From: Candidatus Jordarchaeia archaeon
Lineage (GTDB): Archaea > Asgardarchaeota > Jordiarchaeia > Jordiarchaeales > Jordiarchaeaceae
Length of the DNA: 41,104 bases
Direction: 5' to 3'
Assembly: GCA_029856435.1 (NCBI GenBank)
Contig: JAHQXB010000156.1
Span: forward strand, 1 to 41,104
Positions 29,600 through 38,054 of the stretch are shown here, in pieces (the first letter of the stretch is position 1; every line of letters starts with the position of its first letter). Below the pieces are notes generated by a model, which saw only the letters and a list, made by a program, of their open reading frames with translations, was not told the DNA's origin and did no database searches. Made by a program: the position numbers and the translations under genes.

Positions 29600-31279
29600 T
29601 TGAGTGAATGTTTACCGTACACTATTGGAAAACAAAGTATTGCTTTTTTCTCCATGGAAATTGGGCTGGATGGCGGGATTCCCACTTATAGTGGCGGCTT
29701 GGGAATCTTAGCTGGCGACACTGTAAGGTCAAGTGCAGACTTGAAGCTCCCGTTGGTTGCAGTTACGCTAGTTAGTAGAAAAGGCTACTTTAGACAAGAA
29801 TTAACCAGTGATGGGTGGCAGATAGAATATCCCGACGAATGGGACCCGGCCAAATTTATGACGCTTCTTCCAGCTGAAGTTAGGGTGCAGATTCAAAGGA
29901 GGGACGTAAAGGTTAAAGCCTGGCTTTACGAGGTAAAAAGTCTTGTGGGGGGAAATATTCCGGTTCTCTTTCTGGACACTGATGTGGAGGGAAACACTCC
30001 AGAAGACAGAGCAATAACCAACTATCTATATGGAGACGATGGAATATACAGACTGAAACAAGAAGTTGTACTGGGGGTAGGTGGTGTAAGAATTCTTGAT
30101 GCTCTGGGCTTCCAAATTAGAAGATACCATATGAATGAAGGACACTCCAGCCTTCTTGCGCTGGAGTTATTGCGAAAATTCGGCATGGACATGGAGAAGG
30201 TCAGAAACCTTTGTATATTTACCACCCACACTCCCGTTGATGCTGCACACGACAAATTCAGCTACGATCTAGTCAGGGAAGTGCTAGACGATTTTGTCCC
30301 CCTAGACACGCTAAGGAAACTAGGTGGAGAAAACGTGTTGAACATGACTCGCCTAGCCTTAAACCTGAGCGAGTACATTAATGGCGTGTCCAAAAAGTAT
30401 CAGCTAACCTCAAGCCGACTATTTCCCGGATATCAGATTAATGCGATAACCAACGGGGTTCATTCCTACACGTGGACCAGTGAACCTTTCAAAAAACTGT
30501 TTGACAAGTATATTCCGGGGTGGGCCAACGAGCCAGAGTTACTTGTGAGAGTTGACACAATTCCGAATGAAGAAGTATGGGAAGCTCACCAGGACGCCAA
30601 AAAGACGCTAATAGATTTTGTAAACGAAACAACCAAGGTGGGCATGGACTACAACACTCTAACCATTGGATTTGCGCGGAGAGCCACTGGATACAAAAGG
30701 GCGACTTTGATATTCTCCGACTTGGATAAGCTGAGGAAAATCAATAGGAAGGGCAGAATCCAGCTCATATTTGCCGGAAAAGCCCATCCCCGAGATGAAT
30801 CAGGAAAAAAAATAATCAAAGAAATCTTCGGCTACATTGAAACATTAAAGGACAAAATAAAGATAGCCTACCTACCAAACTACAATATGAGCACAGCTTT
30901 CAAGCTCATCCCAGGATCAGACGTTTGGCTAAACACTCCATTGCCACCTCTGGAAGCTTCAGGCACCAGCGGAATGAAGGCGGCACACAATGGAGTGCTA
31001 AACTTTAGCGTTCTTGACGGTTGGTGGATTGAAGGTTGGATTGAGGGAGTAACCGGTTGGGCAATAGGTCCCCTGCCCGAAGAAGAGGTCTCGGAGCCGG
31101 AGCGTAGAGCTAGAGAAATAGAAGACCTGTACAACAAGTTGGAATACGTAATTGTTCCCACGTATTATCAGAGAAGAGACGAATGGATAGAAATGATGAA
31201 GAGCTCCATTGGAAAAATCGCCTACTACTTCAACAGCCACAGAATGATGCGCAGATACATAACTGAAGCATACTTCTAG
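29600..31279 (+). CDS. glgP: Alpha-glucan (glycogen/maltodextrin) phosphorylase, short form
   Basis: FSMEIGL, YSGGLGILAGD, RLKQE, HMNEGH, FTTHTPV, ARRATGYKR, FAGKAHP, EASGTSGMKAAHNG PLP-Lys motif. Confidence 0.95.
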   Translation: MSECLPYTIGKQSIAFFSMEIGLDGGIPTYSGGLGILAGDTVRSSADLKLPLVAVTLVSRKGYFRQELTSDGWQIEYPDEWDPAKFMTLLPAEVRVQIQRRDVKVKAWLYEVKSLVGGNIPVLFLDTDVEGNTPEDRAITNYLYGDDGIYRLKQEVVLGVGGVRILDALGFQIRRYHMNEGHSSLLALELLRKFGMDMEKVRNLCIFTTHTPVDAAHDKFSYDLVREVLDDFVPLDTLRKLGGENVLNMTRLALNLSEYINGVSKKYQLTSSRLFPGYQINAITNGVHSYTWTSEPFKKLFDKYIPGWANEPELLVRVDTIPNEEVWEAHQDAKKTLIDFVNETTKVGMDYNTLTIGFARRATGYKRATLIFSDLDKLRKINRKGRIQLIFAGKAHPRDESGKKIIKEIFGYIETLKDKIKIAYLPNYNMSTAFKLIPGSDVWLNTPLPPLEASGTSGMKAAHNGVLNFSVLDGWWIEGWIEGVTGWAIGPLPEEEVSEPERRAREIEDLYNKLEYVIVPTYYQRRDEWIEMMKSSIGKIAYYFNSHRMMRRYITEAYF

Positions 31280-31592
31280 CCTCCACATCCAACATCGGAT
31301 TGCCGGTCCTTCGCCATTTTTCCAATGATTCCTAAAACTGATTCCCTTCTTTGACAGGGGTTTCACGCAAGATTGGACTGGAATTAAGTCATGCCCAAAT
31401 TTTTAGAGGGTTCTTTTCTTGACTGTAAAAGCTGATCTATGTAATAGCTGTTTTCAATCTGGCTCCACCTAAATCCCCACTATGAACAGCTGCGTAAAAA
31501 GGTGTCATTTATTTTTATGCATTTTAATTTGATTTAAAGCACAAAGATATATCTTATAAAGACGTTAAATATTTACACGATGTGTTGGAAAA

Positions 31593-32432
31593 GTGATGGA
31601 TATGACTAGTTTTTTAGAGATGGAAGACGGGGTAAAGATAAGGTATGAAATTAATGGAAGAGGTAAACCGGTGATTCTAATACATGGTTGGACTGGTGGA
31701 AGAGCAAATTGGATGCGCCAAGTTCCGGAACTATCTCAACATTTCCAGGTAGTCACCTATGATCAACGGGGACACGGGGAGTCTGGTAAGCCCGAGAAGC
31801 ACCTCAATCTAAACTGGCTGGCAAGAGACCTAAAGACCATTATGAATAAATTGAAGCTTGAAAAGCCGGTGGCTGTGGGGCACTCTATGGGTGCAGCTGT
31901 CCTCTTTGAATATGTGAAATCATATGGGGACGAGGATTTCAGCGGTATGTGCTTCATAGATATGACTCCAAAGTTTATTTGTAGTGGTGACTGGAAAATG
32001 GGGATAGGTGGGGCTTTGAATTGTGAGCTGAGCCTTTTGCTACTGGGACAATTGTTCAATGATGCTCGTGGAAATGTGGAAGCCTCAGTAGTTATGGGCT
32101 ACCATAGAGATAAAAAGCTGGAAGACCTGTCAAGGGAAGAAATTGAGACACTTGTCAAGATGAGTCTCAACACCTCACTCCTAGCAACTGCAGGGCTCTT
32201 CGTTAGTTTATGCTTAAACGATTATAGGGAGGTTCTGCCCAAAATTAGGGTCCCAGTGCTATTAGTATATGGGGGTGGGAGCCAACTCTTTCCTCCAGAA
32301 GTCAGCAAATATATGAGGCAACACATTAAAAACTCAAAATTGGTGATTTTCGAAAAGAGCGGGCACAACATACTCTACGAAGAACCAGAAAAGCTCAATA
32401 AAGAATTGACCGAGTTTATCCTACCTCTCTAA
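31593..32432 (+). CDS. Alpha/beta hydrolase (non-heme haloperoxidase/esterase-like)
   Basis: LIHGW, YDQRGHGES, GHSMG nucleophile, SGH...EEPEK. Confidence 0.88.
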   Translation: MMDMTSFLEMEDGVKIRYEINGRGKPVILIHGWTGGRANWMRQVPELSQHFQVVTYDQRGHGESGKPEKHLNLNWLARDLKTIMNKLKLEKPVAVGHSMGAAVLFEYVKSYGDEDFSGMCFIDMTPKFICSGDWKMGIGGALNCELSLLLLGQLFNDARGNVEASVVMGYHRDKKLEDLSREEIETLVKMSLNTSLLATAGLFVSLCLNDYREVLPKIRVPVLLVYGGGSQLFPPEVSKYMRQHIKNSKLVIFEKSGHNILYEEPEKLNKELTEFILPL

Positions 32433-32570
32433 TAGATATTTCTCTTACCCACTTTTTATTCAAAATTTCAAAGAAAGGAAGTGGCACCACCAAATTTCCA
32501 TAAAATCCAAAGTGCCGTGAAAATTAAATAAATGGTTGGTGGGGAAGTGTGAAGCTCAACTTCCCTTGGT

Positions 32571-33260
32571 TTAGATTTCAAAGATTCTTCCCTGGCAGTT
32601 TGGCTGGTTGAATTTGTCCAGTTTGTAGTCGACAAGTTTTCCTGAGATCAAACTTACTGCAGCACTGTTAGTAATCAGTACTACGCATTCCGGTCCTCCT
32701 GTCACTCGGGTGATCCCCTCTTTTTCCATAGCTTTGCAGCCATCTTTCCAGGGACAATCTTCTATTTCTTGGAATATTCCTTTTTCGGACTGGTTTACTA
32801 TGCGTTGCGGGGTTGTAGCTCTAACGATGTCTACTATTTCTATGTATCGTAGAAGGGCTTCATAAATGTTTGAGATTTTGCCCTTTACCTCGTTTAGCAG
32901 CCCTGAACTATCTATTATTTTTCTGATTGCAGTTTGGGCTAGATTTTTTGCGCCCGATGCTGTTGATCCTTCAAGCATTTTCTCAGCTTTTGCGATGCCG
33001 TAAATAAAGCAGTTAAAAAAGTTAGGATACTTATCCTTGTGCTCTCTAAAGTACTCAAACGCCTCGTCGATGTTCTCGATGTATTCTGGTTTTTTCTCGC
33101 CGATTTTTTCGGACTCCATCTCTAGAGCATAATTTAGAATACCTTTAACGAATGCCGGCCCAAATAGGTTTCCAATTACTCTAACAGCTTCTTTAATAAA
33201 CATTGCCACTGTTTCTGGATCAAAATTTTCTTTAACCACTTTTTCTACGCTTTCCAACAA
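32571..33260 (-). CDS. V4R-like Cys-rich protein, paralogue of 164..820
   Basis: CPWKDGC...EC...NCQGRIF; N-terminal FGPAFVK...SEKIGEKKP...EGST aligns with the first ORF. Confidence 0.55.
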   Translation of the reverse strand: MLESVEKVVKENFDPETVAMFIKEAVRVIGNLFGPAFVKGILNYALEMESEKIGEKKPEYIENIDEAFEYFREHKDKYPNFFNCFIYGIAKAEKMLEGSTASGAKNLAQTAIRKIIDSSGLLNEVKGKISNIYEALLRYIEIVDIVRATTPQRIVNQSEKGIFQEIEDCPWKDGCKAMEKEGITRVTGGPECVVLITNSAAVSLISGKLVDYKLDKFNQPNCQGRIFEI

Positions 33261-33426
33261 TTTGAACCCTCACTATAATTATCAATGACAAATGTAATCA
33301 TTATAAACTACTTATATTAATTACCCATTTTCGTTTAGGCTGGTTCGGCAAAAATAGTATATTACATATTTTATTCGAAATATGACGTATAACATTAATT
33401 ATTCAACTACTCTTGAAAACATAAAA

Positions 33427-33873
33427 TTAAGAATTATCATCTAGATTTGTGTGCTGATAAGCCTCTACCGCCTGTCTTAGAAGATTTGTAAAAACCTTTT
33501 TCTCCAAAACATTTCCCCTTCCTATTCCCGGGCAGTCCGATGAAGCTTTAAACTCAAACTTGTTACCCCGCCTCTCAATCCAAAAAGGATAGCATCGGCA
33601 TATGAGAGGCCTGAAATCATAAATTTTGCATGTGTTATTTTCATCAAGGAAAATGCATTTCCCATCAACCATCTTCATTAAAAAAGTAAAAGGATGAGAA
33701 CCCTGAATATTCTCAGCGAAGTTCTCCCTATTCAAACCAAGGTTTTTTTCTATCCTTAACAAATCCAGAACACTTAGTAGGATTCTCCTAGGACCCTTCT
33801 CTGTGTCTCTGCAACACCTTGAACATCTTTGGCACTGAAATCTTACACCCTTAGGAAATCTCAACTTATTCAA
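33427..33873 (-). CDS. YkgJ-family cysteine cluster protein (CxxCxxCC)
   Basis: FQCQRCSRCC, CIFL, CKIY..RPLICRCYPF, CPGIG. Confidence 0.88.
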   Translation of the reverse strand: MNKLRFPKGVRFQCQRCSRCCRDTEKGPRRILLSVLDLLRIEKNLGLNRENFAENIQGSHPFTFLMKMVDGKCIFLDENNTCKIYDFRPLICRCYPFWIERRGNKFEFKASSDCPGIGRGNVLEKKVFTNLLRQAVEAYQHTNLDDNS

Positions 33874-34155
33874 TTAAGCCTACACCAAGGAATATTTTTA
33901 GGAGTTTCCTACGATTTTCAAAACCAACTCTCGCAATTAAAAATTTTCATAACCAATTCTTCAAAAGCTATTTCCAGAAGCATAATTTAAAACCGCCGTT
34001 GGGGATGTTTCCCTCAACCTTTTTACTCCTTTCCAAATACTTTTAAGTGGTTTCGTGCAAATCTCTTTTAAAGTCAAATGCTTTAAGTCCTCCTCTCCAT
34101 GTGAAGATTTTTTGTAGGAAAGGGGGCTTTTAACAATTTTTTGAAGGGTTAGAAA

Positions 34156-35667
34156 ATGTCTAATGGGGAACAATTCAGAGACCTCAGCCCAATATTCGAG
34201 CCCAAGTCAGTTGTCCTAATTGGGGCTTCAAACAATCCCCTTAAGTGGGGCTGGGTTATCCTCTCAAACATTTTGTCCCACGGTTACATTGGAAGCGTTT
34301 ACCCCATCAATCCCAAGGAAGATAACATCCTTGGTTTGAAAACTTACAAAACAGTTTTCCAAGTTCCAGAAGAAGTGGACTTGGCAATAGTAGTGAGGCC
34401 GGCTGAGGCTGTCCCTAAACACATAGAAGAATGTGTTAAAAAAGGAGCGAAATCCGCAATAGTTCTGGCCGGAGGGTTCCGCGAAACAGGGAAAGAAGGA
34501 GAGAAGCTGGAGAGGGAGGTGGTGGATATAGCCCGCAGGGGAAACCTGCTCATTGTGGGGCCAAACACCATGGGCGTCTACAGTGCAAAAGTGAACCTCC
34601 TAGCCATAATGAGCCCCATAACAGTCATGAAGGGTGAAGTTTCCTTTATCTCCATGAGTGGAAACATCGGGGTCAACCTGCTTTCTATGGGAAGCATGGA
34701 AAATGTGGGTTTCAACAAGTTTGTCAGCGTAGGCAACCAGGCAGATGTCACCCTCGAAGAGTACCTCAAGTATTTTGGGGACGATCCCGAAACAAAAATT
34801 ATACTCATATATATAGAGGGTCTACGCAAAGGAAAGACATTCATGGAAGTGGCAGAAAAAATCACAGAAAGAAAGCCCATAATAGTTATGAAGGCTGGAA
34901 AATCCGCTGCAGGGGCTAAAGCTGCAAGGTCACATAGCGGTTCCCTGGCTGGCTCCAACATGATTTATGATGCAGTCTTTAAACAAGCAGGCGTCATTAA
35001 GGCGCGAACAATCAATGGAATGCTTGACTTGGCAAAAGCCTTCCTTCATCTACCATTACCCAAGGGCAACAGGGTTGGAATAGTAAGCTGGGGGGGAGGA
35101 TACGGAGTAGTTGCCGCAGACGCATGTGAAGAAGCTGGGCTGGTAATACCCAACATACAAGAAAAAACAATACAGGAACTCGATAAAATACTCCCTCCAT
35201 ACTGGAGCAGAGGAAACCCCGTGGACCTTGTGGGAACCCTTGACCGCAGCATCCAGCCAAAAAGCCTAGAAGTGCTAGTTAAAGACGAGAACATTGACGC
35301 CATCATCGCCTCAGGATTCCTAGTGGGGGGAAGTGGAGTCAAATTTGCTTCACCCGAACCTCTAAAAAAAGGAGTAACCATAACTGGAAAGGGCGTAATG
35401 CTAGATGACAAAGGCATATCAATGGAAGTACTGGCACAGAAATGGATACGCAGCTCAGACGAACAAAACATAAACAAAATAAATGAACTGGTAGAAAAAT
35501 ACCAGAAACCCATAATAGCAGTAACCCTCACCTCAGACACCAAAGCCATACCCAAAGCTTGGGAAAAAAACACCGTAGTATACCCCACACTAGAAGCAGC
35601 AGCCGAAGTCCTAGCCAAAATGTACGAATACAAACAATACCTAGAAAAAAGGAAACAAAATAAATAA
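34156..35667 (+). CDS. acdA: Acyl-CoA synthetase (ADP-forming) alpha subunit, second copy
   Basis: FEPKSVVLIGAS, GPNTMG, SMSGN, SVGNQAD, IYIEG, AARSHSGSLAG phospho-His motif, NPVDL. Confidence 0.88.
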   Translation: MSNGEQFRDLSPIFEPKSVVLIGASNNPLKWGWVILSNILSHGYIGSVYPINPKEDNILGLKTYKTVFQVPEEVDLAIVVRPAEAVPKHIEECVKKGAKSAIVLAGGFRETGKEGEKLEREVVDIARRGNLLIVGPNTMGVYSAKVNLLAIMSPITVMKGEVSFISMSGNIGVNLLSMGSMENVGFNKFVSVGNQADVTLEEYLKYFGDDPETKIILIYIEGLRKGKTFMEVAEKITERKPIIVMKAGKSAAGAKAARSHSGSLAGSNMIYDAVFKQAGVIKARTINGMLDLAKAFLHLPLPKGNRVGIVSWGGGYGVVAADACEEAGLVIPNIQEKTIQELDKILPPYWSRGNPVDLVGTLDRSIQPKSLEVLVKDENIDAIIASGFLVGGSGVKFASPEPLKKGVTITGKGVMLDDKGISMEVLAQKWIRSSDEQNINKINELVEKYQKPIIAVTLTSDTKAIPKAWEKNTVVYPTLEAAAEVLAKMYEYKQYLEKRKQNK

Positions 35668-35737
35668 TCAGACAAATAGGAATATCCGCGTCTTTGGGCA
35701 CCTACTACAAAAGCATTTCCGTTTAGAAGACCCTTTT

Positions 35738-36184
35738 TCACTGCTTATCAATCAGAGGATATATTTCAAACCCTGCCAGTTTAAAGTTCTCGCCTAGTGT
35801 GAACGCCGTCTTTTTTCCAAGCTCCCTCATTAAGGCGAAGCCCATACAATCAGTGAAGCTCCATGCCTTATCTGTGTACTTTTCAAACATTTCTTTAGCT
35901 TTCTTGAAACATTCTTCTCCTACACGTACTACTGTCACCATTATTGATCTTTGAAAAGTGTCCAAAAACTTTCCTCAGCGCCACAACTTCTCTTCACAAG
36001 GGTTGCGGTCTCATCTAGGACATAATCCCTTGTCACAAAGAGTCGAAACTCGTATTCCCCCACTCGCAACTTCGACAAATTTTCTCGCAACTCTGTGATG
36101 CTTATCCTTCTTATCGTAATAAGCCTTAAAGGCTGACGTGTCAACAAAAATAAGCTTTCCTGCCGACGCACCAGCATCTTCCAT
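35738..36184 (-). pseudogene. vapC: PIN-domain (VapC-like) toxin pseudogene with two frameshifts
   Basis: ATG 36184 IFVDTSAF..YYDKKDKHH, frame change to DYVLDETATL, frame change to SFTDCMGFALM...FTLGENF (last conserved Asp replaced by Gly). Confidence 0.8.
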
Positions 36185-36193
36185 GATTACACC

Positions 36194-36411
36194 CTAATAG
36201 AGAACCTTATCGTGTTCTGTGCACTCCACATCAAACTTAAAATCGATCGGCTCAAGCTTCACAAAGGGATCGTCACTGAAGTCTGCGTTCTCCACTAACC
36301 AAAACCTAATAGCTTCTCTAACACCCTCTTTAATGCTCATTCCCCTCCTCTTAAGCACCTTCCTGAAGGCTCATACTCCTCATTGGAGAGACTAGTTTGA
36401 ACAATTTTCAC
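36194..36411 (-). pseudogene. RHH/CopG antitoxin pseudogene (-1 frameshift)
   Basis: GTG 36411 KIVQTSLSNEEYE then a shifted frame AFRKVLKRRGMSIKEGVREAI...DPF to TAG 36194; span 218 nt is one base short of 73 codons. Confidence 0.75.
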
Positions 36412-36634
36412 TTAAAACACCATTCTACAAATAAATAAATTTAAAAATATAGTGTGCATTTAGCTGTTGTTATTCGAGTAACGGATACTGGGGCTCTAAA
36501 CGAAGGAAGACTTTTCTGGCTAATGTTTCCCACCCCGGAAAAGAAGCCAAAATAGCCCTCCCTTCAGGGAAAGGAAGCATATAACACTAGGTCGGCTCCC
36601 AAGAGCTAAACACCCATAAAATATAATTTTTTGT

Positions 36635-36663
36635 ATGTATTTTTTACATGTATTTTTTACATG
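36635..36663. repeat. Tandem 13-bp repeat containing TGTA-N5-TACA dyads, upstream of the RadA-like/PolB2 cassette
   Basis: ATGTATTTTTTAC-ATGTATTTTTTAC-ATG; the junction forms palindrome TACATGTA. Confidence 0.75.
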
Positions 36664-36693
36664 AAAAAGACAGAATGAAAAACGTGTCTTCGA

Positions 36694-37755
36694 ATGGCTG
36701 AAACACCTAAGAGATCCTCACAATTTGGAATACTTTCGCTCACCTCTCCCTCTCTCCCCTATCCTGCTGTGATTTTAAATGGAGCCTTCGTCAAAATTAA
36801 GCTTAAAAAAGTGCAAGTTAAGGATTCCGTTGAACAAAAAATATATACTTTTAAAGGAGCAGAGAATATGCTATCCGGCCACAACGAAAATCTAATGGCC
36901 AAAAATCCGAACATCACACACTCCGCCCTAAAGTATCTAACCACAACTATTTCAGAAAGAGAGTTAACAGACCAACATCAAAACGCACTTGACCTCTACT
37001 ACCGAAAACTTAACGCTGGAAAATTAACCACGGGAAGCTCTCTTCTGGACTCACTCCTAGGCGGAGGAGTGGAAACCTCAACCTTCACCCTGCTCTACGG
37101 AGACCGAAGAATCCTCCAAATACTGGTGCACAAATTACTAGTAAACACTCTACTCGACACCAATAAGGGAGGCTTCGCATCACCAGCAGTTTACGTCTGC
37201 TGCAGTAACTATAGAAAAGAAAGAACAGTCCTCAACACCTACTATCTCGCAGACTTAGCCCTAAGTGCCGGCATAAATCCCACAGCAGCCTTCAGAAACA
37301 TCCACGTAGCTATGGCCTTCAACCCCCTAGAAGAATACACCATAAGCAAGATAACAGGAAAAATAGTGAGAAAAATGGGCTCCAAACTCATCCTCGTAGA
37401 CAATATCGCTCTCCTACTCTGCGACGAAAAAATGAGAGAAGAATTCCCAGACATAACTCTAATCTCAGTGGCGGGCGGCTTCTGGGAAGCAGCGTTCCAA
37501 AACGACGCCGCACTAGTGGCCACCTGCAGAGAAACTCCCTCTAATCCTCATAATAATCAACCGATTCCCCTGCCTGAGGGCGGCTCTGTGCTGAGTCAGA
37601 GGGCGGGGGTAATTGTGTACCTGAGGGTCGGCCGCCGAAGAACACCATTTGCGAAGGCCTATCTCCGCAAACATCCCTCCTTGGCAAACCGGGAGGTTGC
37701 CTTTACCTTTAATCGCTACTGCATTCATGACGACTTATTTTGGGATGAGGAATGA
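36694..37755 (+). CDS. RadA/RecA-like paralogue with degenerate Walker A (ImuA-analogous)
   Basis: LTTGSSLLDSLLGGGVET is RadA-like, but the P-loop position reads YGDRRILQ (no GKT); Walker B LILVDN retained. Alternative start ATG 36868 after AAGGAG. Confidence 0.8.
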   Translation: MAETPKRSSQFGILSLTSPSLPYPAVILNGAFVKIKLKKVQVKDSVEQKIYTFKGAENMLSGHNENLMAKNPNITHSALKYLTTTISERELTDQHQNALDLYYRKLNAGKLTTGSSLLDSLLGGGVETSTFTLLYGDRRILQILVHKLLVNTLLDTNKGGFASPAVYVCCSNYRKERTVLNTYYLADLALSAGINPTAAFRNIHVAMAFNPLEEYTISKITGKIVRKMGSKLILVDNIALLLCDEKMREEFPDITLISVAGGFWEAAFQNDAALVATCRETPSNPHNNQPIPLPEGGSVLSQRAGVIVYLRVGRRRTPFAKAYLRKHPSLANREVAFTFNRYCIHDDLFWDEE

Positions 37756-37760
37756 TTAAT

Positions 37761-38054
37761 ATGGGTAGAATTACTGTTTCCTTCCGCGCCGAGTTTAATG
37801 AGGTTCTTGAGAGGCTGAGGAAAACATTCTATGAGGCTCTCGTGGATATGGAGCGCCGGGAGGCTTTTGACGAGCTGGTTAAGGCTTGGTCTGAAACCAA
37901 GGGTGCTATGAGTTACGCTGAGCTTCCCTCAGTTCTGCTCTCCCTCCTTTTCAGTGCAGTTGTGGACAACCGCAAGGAAATCCTGCTTCTCAAAAAGAAA
38001 CTGCTTGAAGGGAAGGAAGAAAATGGAGGGGTGGGTAACCCAGAGTTACATTGA
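37761..38054 (+). CDS. Small alpha-helical PolB2-associated protein (arCOG07300-like)
   Basis: MGRITVSFR...F.EAL...RREAFDEL...A....P..L...L......KEI pattern; coupled to both neighbours. Confidence 0.7.
   Translation: MGRITVSFRAEFNEVLERLRKTFYEALVDMERREAFDELVKAWSETKGAMSYAELPSVLLSLLFSAVVDNRKEILLLKKKLLEGKEENGGVGNPELH

Noticed and set aside
35046-35741. 231-aa minus-strand ORF
   Set aside because: Antisense to the second acdA in an A/C-rich patch; no motifs.
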